Origin: Catajapyx aquilonaris | Lineage: Eukaryota | Direction of reading: 5' to 3' | Length of the DNA: 64,000 bases | Assembly (NCBI GenBank): GCA_000934665.2 | Contig: JYFJ02001931.1 | Span: 1 to 64,000 of the forward strand | Shown here: one piece after another, positions 37,100 to 51,500 of the stretch | Numbering within the stretch: position 1 is the stretch's first letter | Layout of the letters: every line of letters begins with the position of its first letter | The notes under the pieces: generated by a model | Databases searched by the model: none | What the model saw: the letters and a program-made list of their open reading frames with translations, nothing else | What the model was told of the DNA's origin: nothing | Translations under genes and position numbers: made by a program

Positions 37100-40000
37100 A
37101 TGTCTCGAAAAAGCGAATACTTGGAATGGACAAGGCGGAAGAGCAAGGTTCGGGGTTGGATCACAGGAAAAGATATTGTGCCAACTTACTCCTGGGAAAA
37201 GGAACTCGGGATTTCAAGGTGGATCAACAAAACGGTGCAATTGCAGTCGTTTTCGGACGGCGAAGATAAGCCTAAGGAGACTAGGTGTGAAGGAATCAGA
37301 CACACTGTCCACGATTATTGTACCAACACATCACTTCACGGATTCAAGTACATTACCGGTGATAACTTCATATTAGTGGAAAGGTAAGTACCAACTATGA
37401 AGTTCTAGCTTATACTGCAGAACGCATCCTGGCGCTTAAGGAATAAAAATGTTAATATTTAGTAAATGCATACATAGCACAAAATTATGATCTTTTGGCT
37501 CAAGTGACAGATCTCAAATTATTACTATTATTAAAATTAAACTTATGGGGACATGCATTTAAATGAAAATATTGGTGTTTCCAAACTTTGTGCTAGATGA
37601 AACTTTATTAAATGCACTATGTTCTTCACTTTCATATTAAACGTTGTTATTGGCTCACGACGCGTCGAGCAGAATTTTTTGGATAGTGAGCTGTGCACTG
37701 GCTCTGGTATCGTGCGTTTACTTTCTACAACCGGTTGTATACCGATACATCGAGGGCGCCATTCAAACCTCGGTGGCTTCTACAAACGAGCCCATTTGGA
37801 ACGTTCCGTTCCCTGGAGTTACAATATGCAATACGAACAAAGTATCCCAAAAATTACTTCGTAGAGCAGCAAGAAGGGAACCGTAAGTACAGTACATGCT
37901 CATGTGTCTCAAGTACGTATTAAAATACTGTGTTTTAATAAACTTGTTTTCAGCTGGAAAACATATGGGTACAATGTAACCGCTACTATCGCCTCCTTGA
38001 TGGCTACTTATAATCAGCTGGAAATAACCAGACGTACCAAAATCGATGAGAAATATCTGCAAGCGATTCATAACGAAGGGCAGAAGGTGGATCAATTAAT
38101 GCAAGACGTAAGTATTTTTATGAGATTAGCATTCTGTCTCTGTCACAAAGTGTTGATTAACTCTTATATCCTGTACCAATCATTGAAATAACAGAGGGTA
38201 ATTTATTGAAAATAAAAATCCCTATATTATTGTAAACAAATAGGGGCCTACTACAGGCCTAATATAGGCAAAACACGACGCAATATCAGATAATATCAAT
38301 ACATGAGGGGCATCTTTTAATGTGCAACTTGTTCACCATGCGCATAATAAATAGGAAACTTGGCTTTTTAATCATTTCATTCTTGGAAGTGTGATATTAG
38401 TATAATATATTCGAAAGTGAGAGCACAAAAAACCAGTCCTTGCCCTTCATGTAAATATCAAAAGGTCAGCTATTTCTATAGGCCTACTCTCCACCTGCTT
38501 GAAGTGATGTAATGACAATCCTGAGCCACATGGGAGCAAGACAGTCATTATTCTCAGAATGACACAATATGTAATAGCCGAGTGTCACAAAAACGTATAA
38601 AAATGTAATGCTATTGATAACGCCATGCAACATGATTTTTGTCCATGGAAATTCATCGCTATTTCCATGTTCCTTAGGTCCCTCGTAACTCATAATGCCA
38701 ATCATTTTGCCCGGATTTAAAAAAAATACTGTATTAGGTAAATATTGAAGTAGGCCTGTGAGAACGTTACTCGTGTGTATTATGATAAATAAGAAAACAT
38801 TTTTATGATAAAAAGAGTAACGGTAGATTTTGGCGCAAGAGTTGTTAATTGATTTAACAGGATCATAATTATAGAACCCTCGCGAATGGCCACTGCCAAG
38901 TGAGTAAAAGTGTGTTCGCAAGCTCGCGAGAACCGGTTGGTGCGGGTGAATTCGGGCGAGAAGACAACGGACGAAAAAAAGGCTTATCGCCCTCGATACA
39001 ACCAATTCTCGCGAGGTTGTGAGCACACGCACCTTAATATCTGACACGGCCAGGCTCGATTCTAGCAGGGAAATGACAAATTATGAGTCGCTCCCTGACC
39101 TCTGGTCATATTTTCCATCTTACCACTCCCCCCCCCCCACCCCGCTTCATGACTGACCTTTCTTAATCGGAATTAAATAAGCGCAATACCAAATAATGCA
39201 ATGTGCAATGGCAGGATTAGAGCTTCTCATAAAATGCTCAACAATAATAATTTGTGACAAGTATCGTTTTAAAACAACTTTTTTTTCCATTTTTATGTAG
39301 GGTATGCAGCAAGTTTAATATTACAAGATAATAATTGTTGCAGGTAATGCAGCCTATCAACAAAATGGCTGTTCGATGTTGGTGGTTAGGAAGAGTAGTT
39401 TCAAACTGCAGTAAGCTATTTTCCCTGCGGCGCACTGACGAAGGCTATTGTTGGGGGTTTAACACTGTCGAGATGAGAACGGAGTTGCCAGATTACAGGT
39501 TCAGGAAGCAATATATTGCTCTACTTATTGAATCAAAAGGTCACTGACTGAATAATGTCACAATTCCAGGCCAGAACATGACCACGGAATTGAAGACGAC
39601 GACGACATTGCTGGAAACGAGACCAGAAAAAAACGCCAAACTGCCAATAGCGGTACAGCAGGAGGGACCATACAAACCCACCACTCTCTGGATTCCCTAA
39701 ACGTGGAAGGATCAGATGACTTTAGACGGGTCAATGGAGCTGGACCCATTATGGGGTTGTCAATAATGCTTAACCCAGATACGGATGATTATTTTGAAAC
39801 TACCAACGAGGTGTATGGATTCAAGGTAGCCTAGGTATTTTATTGATCTAGAATTCTAGAACATCAGGAATGAGAATATGAACTCGAGTGTGGGGCATGT
39901 TTGGAATTGAATAAATCATTACACTCCTAGAAGGCGAGCTATATCAATAATTATTGCCGGAAGTTCATGGAAGGCGGAAAAATGGCAATAATGGCCTTGC

Positions 40001-41828
40001 ATCTTATAGTTCCCAGCTTACAAAAGCTACATAATATTCAAATTGATTAAAGGGCACAATATCTTTTTCTTTTCTCACAGGTTGTTATCCATAATAGTGA
40101 AGACTTTCCACTGGTTTCAAGAAAAGGCTTCCTGGCATCGGCAGGAAGAGAAGTTCACGCAGCAGTTACGCCAATACGGACTGACAGTTCTCCTCACGTG
40201 AAGGAAATTTACAAGTCTAATCGGAAGTGCATATATCCTGAGGAATACACTCTGGACTTTTACCCCATGTACAGTCTTACCAACTGCGTGGTAGAATGTG
40301 CAATTCATACCATGCGACATATTTGCAAATGCCTGCCATATCTTTACAACCAACTGAGTAAGTAGACATAGTTACATGTAACAACAATATTTTTGTCACT
40401 TTGTGAACAATGTAAAAATTTAACCACCAAAGTGACATGATATCCCTATAATATATTTAGTTATTTTCAAATAAAAACATTTTCAACAGCGTATTTTTAG
40501 TCATTTAGAACTCTAATTTACCTCCATAAATACAGTATATCACAGAAATCGTAAATTAATTCTTCAAGAATTGCATATGAATTTTATATTATAAAATTAT
40601 GACTTACGGACAGATGCGATTGGGAGGAAATGAGCAGCCAGTTACCTCACAACATTGTCATGTGACAGTGTTATCACCATACTTTAATATTGCTGAAACA
40701 GTGGGTGGAATTTTCGACCCTATTAGAGTCCCCATTTTCCGTAGTTCCAAGCCCACTGCGGATAAGTAAAACCCGCGGTTAAAACCTAACTCTACTGGTA
40801 TTATATACGTTTTAAAACGTACCACTTACCCGTTAAGTTTAAACAAACATATGAAGATATCAATAAAAATAATAAGCAATAAAATAGGATAGTTACGAGT
40901 ATAACAATACAGTATTGCCGTGAAAGAACGAGTCACTGGATGTTAAAATTTAATATTTTCGTATAATATTTGCTTAATATTTTCAAACGGTGGATTACGG
41001 AGGCTCACTGTATTTTAATAAGTATTGTTCGTGGCCACATTTGGCAAGTTTCGAAGGGTTATTACAGAATGTATAACTCGCATTTCAGACAATTCTCGGC
41101 TGTGTGATTACGACGGAATAATGTGCTTACAAAATAAGTCTCGTGAGTTTACAGTTTCTAAACTTGTGATTTCTTTGTTATCCATCCTGTTCCTTGCTTT
41201 GACTGTAATATATCACCAGGAACGTTTCTGTCAATCAAGCCCCACGAAGATATTGAAGGCATCGACCACGCTGATGAATCGATGCATTCCTGTCAACACT
41301 GTAAGCCCAACTGTGAAGATACTGCCTATGTTACTGAAGTTACTGCTGCAAAGTTTCCTGCCTTTGTTAAAGACATTACATTACCATCGACAAATCAAAA
41401 TGTCATAAAGTACGTATAAGCTGTAGTTTACTGTTGCAACCTTCGAGCGACTCAGTAATGCGACCTTCATTACACAGAGCTCATCTGGTACTGCTGAGAA
41501 TTTTCTTCAAAGATATGACATTTATTCGGTACCGGAGGGATTTAGCCTATACGTTAAATGACGTCCTTGGTGAGTATGCTAATAATTACATAGCTATGTG
41601 TATATGCATGTTACTATCACTGTGATATCACTGTGATGAATTGCAGAGAGTGATGAAATGCCCTGGCTTTTTTCAGCCAGCATCGGAGGTATTGCAGGTC
41701 TATTCATAGGCTTCAGCTTCATCAGCAGTGTAGAAGTACTCTATTTCTTAACGTTGAGGCCTGTGCTTCGTCGTTCCGGATTGTGTCAAGCTAAAAAATG
41801 CCGATCCGTCTGCCCCTTCAAGAAATAA
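37100..41828 (+). CDS. Pickpocket-like DEG/ENaC subunit, array gene 3 (~607 aa)
   Basis: Exons 37100-37383, 37673-37882, 37954-38107, 39344-39498, 39570-39825, 40081-40357, 41089-41142, 41220-41409, 41478-41569, 41677-41828 sum to 1824 nt in frame. Motifs: YCTNTSLHGFKYI, VPFPGVTICN, TDEGYCWGFN, TM2 ASIGGIAGLFIGFSFISSVEVLY. Confidence 0.93.
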
Positions 41829-44800
41829 AACAAGCACTGCTGCAATATATTTAAGCTTTTACTGTAAAAAAGAAGAAATTAATGAGTGCCAAACGTACCT
41901 GAAAATACGTACTGTACATTTGAATGCATGTGTTCAAGCACATGATCTTTGATTATAGTATGATGCCCCTGTGTATGGGCGGGAGAAGTGTTATCCAATA
42001 GAACAGGGCTTCCCAGAATTTAAAATATTAGGAAATTATTGTCGTGTTACATTCTACAGATAAAATTTTAGTCCTGCTTTATACTGGCCTTGCTTGAATG
42101 ATAGCAAGTTCTCTCCTTCAAGTGGCTGCCGTGTGAATTTTCAGATGTTGTATACCGTACCGTAATAATTATGAACTTGTTATTCTTGGTAGACACACAT
42201 AACTACATATGATTAGTCTCACAGAGTACAGTTGGGAGCAAAAAGATACGGACGGACCATCAGGGTCGAGAGCTAACTACTTAGGTCCTGTCCCTGCCAG
42301 ACAAACACCACCTGCCGAGTCACATCCCGTCTCAATTTTTTTTGTTCCCTCATATTCCTTCACATAATACAGTATTACCGTGTCCATATCCCCATTCTTT
42401 ACGTGTATTCAGCGAGTGAAGTGAACTGCATAGGATACTGATGTATAACTTACTATTGCCATTCATATCAAGACCCTCTTACAGAGAACTTAACAGGCGA
42501 TGCAGCTCTCAGCGAATCAGGAATTTTCATCAGTAGAATCTAAGTTTTGCAGCTTTTGTCATTAACAGTGGAAAGGAACCCTTATTTGTTGCTAGCTGTG
42601 GTAGCTGAGTAAGACATACTGTATATCCTCATCAGAAATCAAAAAGACTGAATGGTGATGATTGATGAATCGCTGGTCAGGTTTTATTGTTGTAGGTTTT
42701 CCGAGGGGTTTGTTTTATTGCTTTATCAGTTACATGTTTCATTGCATTCCATGTTTGTAATTATTATCAGCTCGTAATTGGGCTTAACTTGTGTCTTCAT
42801 CATCATCGCTGACTACATCTTATAGGGAAATGTCGCGATGTATTTTATGTATTGTATGTATAAAGTAAGAACTTTCTGGTGTGAATGGCCTTCAGTATTT
42901 TCAATCATAATAAATTATTCCTGAGCATTCACATCAACCATTCAGTTACATTCAATTTCCAGTAATCCAGTTGTCATTTATTCCTATTTAATATCACTCC
43001 TACATATTCCATACATTACTTTGAAGACTTCAAATTAATGCAGAACGATAGTGTCACATCGGAGTGAATTCGAGATCGAAGACCTTCAGCTTAGGTAATT
43101 AAATCATATGCCACAGAGAGGATTTCACTAAAATGCCAAGTGCTATAATTAGAGAAAATTTTTAAGCATGATAATAACAATATCCTGTACTGTGAATTTA
43201 ATATGGAGATGAGAAAATGTAAGAAGAATCGAAAACAGAACTCAGAACTCAGAACTCATCAGAAAAGGGCCATCCATAGTAGACTACTGTACCGGAAATA
43301 AATATCGAACAGTTATCAAGCTCGATAAGTGATGCACAGTACAGTACTTTTTAAAGGGAGGTTCAGCCCAATGTGACGGGCGTGACCAGGGCTTGGCATG
43401 GGGAAATGGAGCGGATGAGGAGGTAAAAATATTCACAAATGAGGGCATAGTGCAAATCTAATAGCATATATCTTGAGCAGAGAATTTGCGTTAAGGTCGG
43501 CTTATCTATACCAGCATCACATGACTCGATTACTCTTTGCACTAGAATGACTAGATTGTCCAACACTGGCGAGTTTACTGGGCTTATTGAAGGTCAACCC
43601 ACTTCATCCAGCCCAGAATGGCAGGAGATAAGAGACGACGAACTGTGGACATGGCAACAGGCATAATGCATGACATGACCGATGTGGCTTACAAAATATT
43701 TAGCCTGGGTTGTCTACATTATCAAGCTTCTTCTTGAACTTACATACTTTTGGCAAGAAAATCTAGATTTTTCATTACTGCTTATTCTAAAAAGCCTGAA
43801 ACCATTGAAACACTTCACTTAAAAGTTCGAAAAAAAATATCTCAACAGTATACGTTCTGATGCGACAATGGCGCGTGAGGTCACCACCATTTATGCTGGG
43901 CGTGAGAAAAGCGAATGACACATACCTACTACTTTGCATGTTGTTATTTTTAAATAAAAATTAGACACAAGTCATGGAAATAATTATTGCAGTCGCTCAA
44001 AATATACACACCAAGGTGACTTGCACCTTTCCATATTTACGGTACATTATAAAAAGGCATAGCACTTAAACACTACGACATAAAAATGTGAGACAAGCTA
44101 AAGAAAGTATAGCAACTAGAAATTCCAATATGCGTCACTGAAACGAAACAAAATTGTGACATAGTCATCTAATAACTTCCCGAGATTTTGATCCAACCAA
44201 TCAATGTGGTTCCTAGGTGACCCATGAAGTAACACTGCCTTTTTAGTATTGGATTATTCGCCTGTTTTTGTTTTTTTTTTCAATACTGCGAAGCTTATAC
44301 ACTTTCTCATGACAACACTGTTTTATTTTTAAGGTGGCACGGAAATGTGAGGAATATGGGCACCATTACCATAGTCTACTACAGTACCGTATTTTTTGTC
44401 CAGGTATAAATACTACATTTTGGCTTAGTTTATTGGTATTTACATATAAACTGCACAATGACATTCAGTTTTTGATGGCAACATATTCCTCTTACATGTA
44501 CTGTACGTTTGTATTAGTTTAGTGCTTGATAGACTATTTGTTGAGATTTCAAGAAACATTTTTGGACACCTCATATCGTTACTGTAACACTCCTCCTTGC
44601 ATGCCCAGTAATAAAATGTGTAACTTTGAGGTTTCTGTAGTAGTCTAATGTAGTGCAATAGCAATACAGATGAAAGTCGTTTTGTGGTTTCATATAAATT
44701 CCTTTACGACAAATAATCCCAGTTTTATCCCTTTCCACCTTGACTTAAAAAATATTATCATGCTTTCCGAAAACAAGGAAATGACTACCTTTTCGCTATT

Positions 44801-45532
44801 GCCAGTGGAGGCTGAGTAATTTAATTGTTAACTCTTACAAATGAAGAAGGTTTGGAATTTTTCACACGGTGTGATAACATCACAATCAACGATGCGCCAT
44901 ATAGGGGCCTATGGTCCAAACAAGGATTGTCGCGGGTTATCCTGGCTTGGATGCAACCCATTGCACAGGTGTGCATTGTGGGTGTCCACAAAGACAGCTA
45001 AGGAGGCTCCGATGCCGAGCAAAGCAAATAAGGGACGGACGGGGTCAGATAAGCAACACACATCTGTGAAATGGGTTGCATCTAAGCTATAGGATGCGAC
45101 AATCCTTGTTTGGGTGACAGTACTACTTCCAAGTGTGGGTGTGTATGTGGGGGGGTAAGAAGTGTTGCCAAAATTTGGCAACGGGTCCAACTAGTTCAAT
45201 ATAAAACTACATCCATCAATAAGTCTGGAGGCGTATAATGAAGAAGCGTGCAGAGAAGCAAGCATAACTTAATTACCGAGTACTCAAGTCGAAATTAGTC
45301 TGTCAATTAGATTACTGAATTATTGTGTCTTGACGACGCGATGGTTGTCCCCATGTAGTGTGATAGGCTTCTAAGTAATAAAGCCTCTATCCTCTTTGTG
45401 AGTCACGCAATTCTTGCATCAAGAGAGCAATAACGACGATATCCGTTGCTTTGCAATGCTTGTTGTTGACGCTTTATACGAACAAAGGCTGGTATAAAAA
45501 GTGTAGGTGATTGCAAAGAAGAGCCAACCACC

Positions 45533-48500
45533 ATGAAAACCAGACGTGCAGATAACATTGGTATAAGAGAAAAAATAACCGTGATAAAACCAAGTTGGGA
45601 GCAGTATTCACTAGAAAAAGAGTTGGGAGCTTCTCTATGGGATAACCACTCAAGATATTATGGCAAGAAAGAGGAACCAGCAACGGTGGTACAAACAGAA
45701 TCATCTGGGCCACTTTTGGCCGTCAAGGAATATTGCGCGAACTCCACACTTCATGGGGTCAAGTACATCACGGCAGACAACGTTTATCATATAGAGAGGT
45801 ATGGAGATGAAATATTTTAGCAGATATTCAAGGGATATACTATACTCTTAACTTTATCACTGTGGGCCTTAGTTTACTTGTTGTACAGTATATGCTACTT
45901 GAGGACTGCGTAAATGGACCTTGAAAGCTCAATTTTATCCTCTTTTAAATCTCATGCCTGGTTGCACCAACAAAATTACCGGTCCGATAGCTCTTAATGG
46001 ACAGATAGGTATACCTTTTAACATGTGCTATCTGTCCGTTAGGAGCTATCGGACCGGTAATTTTGTTGGTGCAACCAGGCATCAGTCTCAATTAATTACG
46101 CAGTGCTGCGCAAAGGTCTACTATAGACTATCCATTTTTAAAACATTAGACTTTGCATTTGACGACGGATGTTTCACGAATGGATAATCTAAAATATATT
46201 CATGTAATGTTATTGGAGACCTTGTTTGAATCTGTGTAACAAAATAATATAAGATTGGTCCCATTGGTTTTAATTAACTAGTTTTTATGGGAGATAGAAG
46301 AGAGAAAAGTGTCAATTTTTATGACAGTGCGTAACAGTGACCATTAGTGTATATTTTGGGAAGTAACTGGCCAATAAAAATTGCTATTTTAACCAAGAAT
46401 GGATCTCACATTTTAAAGTCGCGTCGGCCTATGACTTTACAATAATTGAGTTAATTATAATCGTTTTATTATAATTCAGACAGAAGCAAACATCAGTTAT
46501 CTTGTCGATTTGCGTGGAAGAAATCCTTATGGATAATTTATTTGAGCCAACTTACAATTTACACCATGGTGAACATGCATATTAAATTAAACTATACCAT
46601 ATCATTGGCAATATCCTCGTACCTTATTTCTCAAGAAATCTGCATGTGAAAAACCCTGCACCCCTGAAATTAACCTGTGGTGATGTGATTACTATCTTGC
46701 GTTATTTTCCATGAGCGCAATGTACAAGTATAAGGAATTTCCGATTCACCTTAATCGGCTTAATAAATAATCATGGATGTTGCAAGTTGCGTCAATAATA
46801 CAGCTGCCATTGCATTACCAAGAACATGAAACGTGTATGTGGTGGCCTTTATGATTGAGTACTTCAATAATCCCCATGCAACCAAAATCAACGTTTTTTC
46901 TGTCCATGGAAATTCATCGCTTTTTCCATGTTCCTTAGGTCACTCGTAACTCATAATGACCATTCATTTTGCCTGGGATTTGTTTTTGACCTCGGGGCAG
47001 TCAAAAAACCAAAATTTTCAAATACAGGGTGTTCATGAAAAACACCGACACACCTATATCACCCCCGACCTAGGGACCAGACGATCACATTATGTAGATG
47101 AGTGATTATTCCTGGGCCGCCTCATTACGGCGCAAATTCCTTCAAACAGGTAGTATAAAATATCCTGGAAGTTAGGCGACCCAACGAACCCTTCCCCAGT
47201 CAGAAGGGTCTGGAAGGTCTGGGGGCCGAACTTTGTTGGTTTGTTGCCCACATGTGGTAAGGCCTCTATGGCTAGTTACACCTGTAAATTCTATTTAAAA
47301 GTCAGAAGGAGCGATTAGGCAAAAATCGCTAATCAGTAACGAGTCAATTATCTCAGTAATGAGGCGGTGTAGACATAATGACTCCTCTACATAAAATGAC
47401 CCTCACGTTACCATTGGCCACTGGTTATCAGTTTGTCGGTGTTTTTCATGAACACCCTGTATAGTGGTTTTTCCCAATCAAGTGAGCCTAAATGCTACTA
47501 GACATTTCGGATTTTGCTGAAAAAAATCACAGCTGTACACACCTATGGGATAACTCTGCACATCAAGTTTCAGCCAAATTGCGAAATACCGCGGGGAGAG
47601 AAGAACCTTTTTTGGATAATTTATTTTGGTTAGTAGAAGTGGTCACACCCCAATCAACATATCAGTATATCAAATGAAATGGAAGCACGAGGAGAATGCG
47701 CCCATGGTATTTGTTTTCCTCAAAAATGTACCCAGAAAAACTTGTGTGGTATTCCCTCGGTCACATGCACAGCACCATGTCCAAGTATTTAGACTCCAAC
47801 AATATAGTCATGTATTTGCATAAGAGCAGCCATATTTGGTGACAGGAGTTGTGACCCATACAAGATTTAATAGGTTGGGTTTCAAGCCTGGGTCATGCAT
47901 GGGTCGCGAGAAAATAATAGATATGTTTTTCAGATATACCATTAGTTTTCAAGGACCCAAATTCTTGGACATGTGACCGATCGAATGCCACACACTTTTT
48001 TCTGGTTACATTTAAGAGGAAATCAAATTTAATAGGCACATTCTTCTCGTGTTTCTCTTTCATTGGATGTATAATTATGTTGATTGGGTTTTGATCATTT
48101 CCACTAACCGGAAAAAATTATCCAAAAAAAGGCAGTTTCCAAAATGTCGCGATTTTTTCCCTCCCCACAGTATTTCTCAATTTGGCTGAAACTTGATAAT
48201 ATGCAGTGTTATGGCATAGGTGTGTATAGATCTGTGATTTTGTTCAGCAAAATCCGAGATGGTCTAGCATCATTTAGGCCCACTTGATTGGGACAAACCC
48301 CTAGCTATATTTGAGGACTTTTGTTTTTTGCCTGCCCCGAGGTCAAAAACAAATCGAAGACAAAATGAATGGTAGGCCTAATTATGAGTTGCGAGTGCCC
48401 TAAGGAACATGGAAATAGCGATGAATTTCCACGAACAAATATCGTGATGCATAGTGTATACAGTACAGTATAATTATTGCAACCCTATAAAGGAATGTTT

Positions 48501-51500
48501 GAACCGGTTTGAACAAATATCTCAAAAGACCTAACGTCGCGGCGTCTAAAAATTTGAAATCTTCACATATCAAAATCACTCAAATACGAATATGATCGAT
48601 ATGATCTTTGTAAATGACTTCTTTTGGCGGCGGGATGACCTATTAGTTAGTAACATCACCTATAATAAATTGTATTCATTTGCATTGCTGAAGCAAGTAC
48701 CATGCTCTAGAATCGAGTCACCCTATACTCCTAATATTATGGATTAATTATATGTATGTGTCTTTTGTATTGTCAGGATTTTGTGGTTCGGCTGCTGTAT
48801 GGCTGCAGTTACAGGGGCCATCCTTTTCGTACTTCCCGTGTTCCAGAGGTACATGGACTACAGGATCATCACTTCTGTGGAGTCAACTAGCACCCCCATA
48901 TGGGACGTCCCTTTCCCAGGGGTCACAATATGCAACATCAATCGTGCCATGGCGAATCTGATTGACGAGAGAGCCAAAGTTCCTCCGTAATACATCACAT
49001 CATTATTGAATTACTGCCTTAATGCTACAGCAAAGTAACATTTCTTGTGCAAAATGCATAAGAGGTCAATGCAGTGAAACCTGGCTATAGCACAGTAGCT
49101 TCACTATATGCAAAAAAAGAGAGAAAAAACCACTAATTTTCTGCATCAGACAGAAATTTACAATCCTCACAGTCAGACGGGCCCTAACAAAAAATGTTCG
49201 GTGAATGGCAAGTTTTAGCAGAATCCAGGGTACTTTGCAGATAGGTTTCACTGTATTAAATCATCTGTGCCATATCAGGGTAGGATCCAGAGAGAACTTT
49301 TGGGGAAGGAACTATTTTGAAAATTAATATAAAAAACTCGTCTTCAAAACGCACAACGCGTTCTGGACTAAAATTAAAATGCCAAAACGCGAATTTCGTG
49401 TTGGGACTAGTTCAGAAAAGGAAATTAATCGTTTGTTGCTTGGCAAATAATTGTTGAAAGGAAGGGCAGAAATGAATTTTTGCGCCGTTAGAAAAATGCG
49501 CGGTTCCTTTGAAATTTGTGTCATTGGTTGACTGGGGGGAGGGGGGAGGGAGGAAGTCCCATATTCCCCCCTGTGGATCCGTCCCTGGCCATATACTTGT
49601 AATTATTACTGAACTACCAAAATAATGTAGTGACGAAAGTATAATTTTGCTCAAATATCACATCAGGGGTGTCTATTTTTGTCTCCAGGGGAAACAGAAG
49701 CATTGAGAACGTATAAGGTGATAAAGGTTTGCTTCACACGTGCCTGTTTCTCCTCAAGGCAGAAAAATACAGTTTCAATGTGATTCCGCCCAGTTTTATC
49801 AGGCTCAGTATGACTGCATGTCGGTCGTAGAGTAACACATTGTTACTGTACTTTTCCAGTTGGAAATATTACAAGAAAGAGCATTTCGGCAATGCCATCA
49901 GGCTCTTGAGTGTGTTAGGTCAAATAACACTCAAATCAAGCGCAGATGCTGACAAAGATGTGACACGCCTTCTGGACAGAAAAGCAAACTACACAGATGA
50001 ATTGATGACGAATGTAAGTTATTAGTTTTAAAACCCCGTCTAGAGTTTTTAAATATAGTGTAGCTTAGGGCTCATCCTGAGGAAACCGTTCACTTTAGAG
50101 ACGCCCACTACTATCTTGGACGAAATTGTTAGCAAAATTAAATTGTACTGTAGGCCTATATAACAAAATGGAAAATTTAACAAACCCCGGCGCACAGACT
50201 CACGCGCACTCATGCACAACCATTGCGTCATTACCCTAGACAAGAGAGGTATACGGTCAAGTATACGGTAGTAAGCGATGAATAGGAGGCACAAGTCAAA
50301 CACTCATTCAATACACGACATGTGGTCCAGTACCCAACACTTTTAAAAAATGATTGTATCATCGACCGTTGATGTCAATATATTGTCTCAATGCGCAATT
50401 TTCCATAGGAAATGCATTGAAATTCCGAGTTGGAATAGATGATTCAATTATGCTTAATATAGGGTGTTTAAGAGGAAAGTCCCACATTTGAGCACGGCCT
50501 ATTTAAAAAGCTTCCCACTTAAACACCATGTATTATCAGCGACTACTTTTGATGCCTTCTAAAAGTAACTATTCAAAAGTAACTGCTTAAAAATAAGAAC
50601 CTACTGCCAAAAAAAAATTTGCGAATAAATAAGATAACACGTCATAAGATAAAAATGCAGGGGGAGGTGTAGATGGCCGAGATGGTAACGTCTCGGCTTG
50701 CTGAGTGAAAGACCCCAGGTTCGATCCCCGCCTGGGGAACTTTCCTTTCACCTGCGTCAGGAGGGTCTCTGACCTGCACCGTCTGGCAACCTAACCTCCT
50801 GGGGAACAGCACAAGACCCCTTTACCGACATTACACTTGCACCTATGTTCCCTCCCCAAAAATCCCTTTCCTTACCCCATGTCCTTTCATCCTTGCACCG
50901 GAGTTAGAAGAAAAAGCAGAAAATTGCAGGAAAATTGTGGTATTCCGCTCCCCTATAAGGGCATATGGCCCTATCACGGGGTAACGTAAAAAAAAGTCAA
51001 AAATGCAGTAAATATCATTTTCGGGGAAAAACAAAGCTACATGCCCGCATAAATGTGGCCCTTTAATTAGCTGAGTTATAAATACGGGAAAGAAATGCGC
51101 TTATGTTATGATGGGGCTCTTAACAGGTTATTCAACCGTTGGAGAGAATGATTCTTAAATGCATTTGGTTGGGTGAAGCAGTGAACTGCAGTGACCTGTT
51201 CGAAATACGACGCACGGACGAAGGATTTTGCTGGGGATTTAATACCAAACCCATGAAGTCACCGCGAGCTACGGAGGTGTAAGTGCCAGCTCCGTTGCAA
51301 CTATTGTACAGTGTTGGACATTAACGGCGTCATGCTGCTTGCGACATTTTCTGATGCGGCAGAAGTGCAAATCGAAGTGATCGAGTGTGAGCCGTGCGAG
51401 TAAGAAGAGGTAGGCCTTGAGTGACGTCACCGGCTGGGGGACAATGGAGAAGAGGCTTGTCCCCATTTCTTACTCGCACAGCTCGCACTCTAGCACTTCG

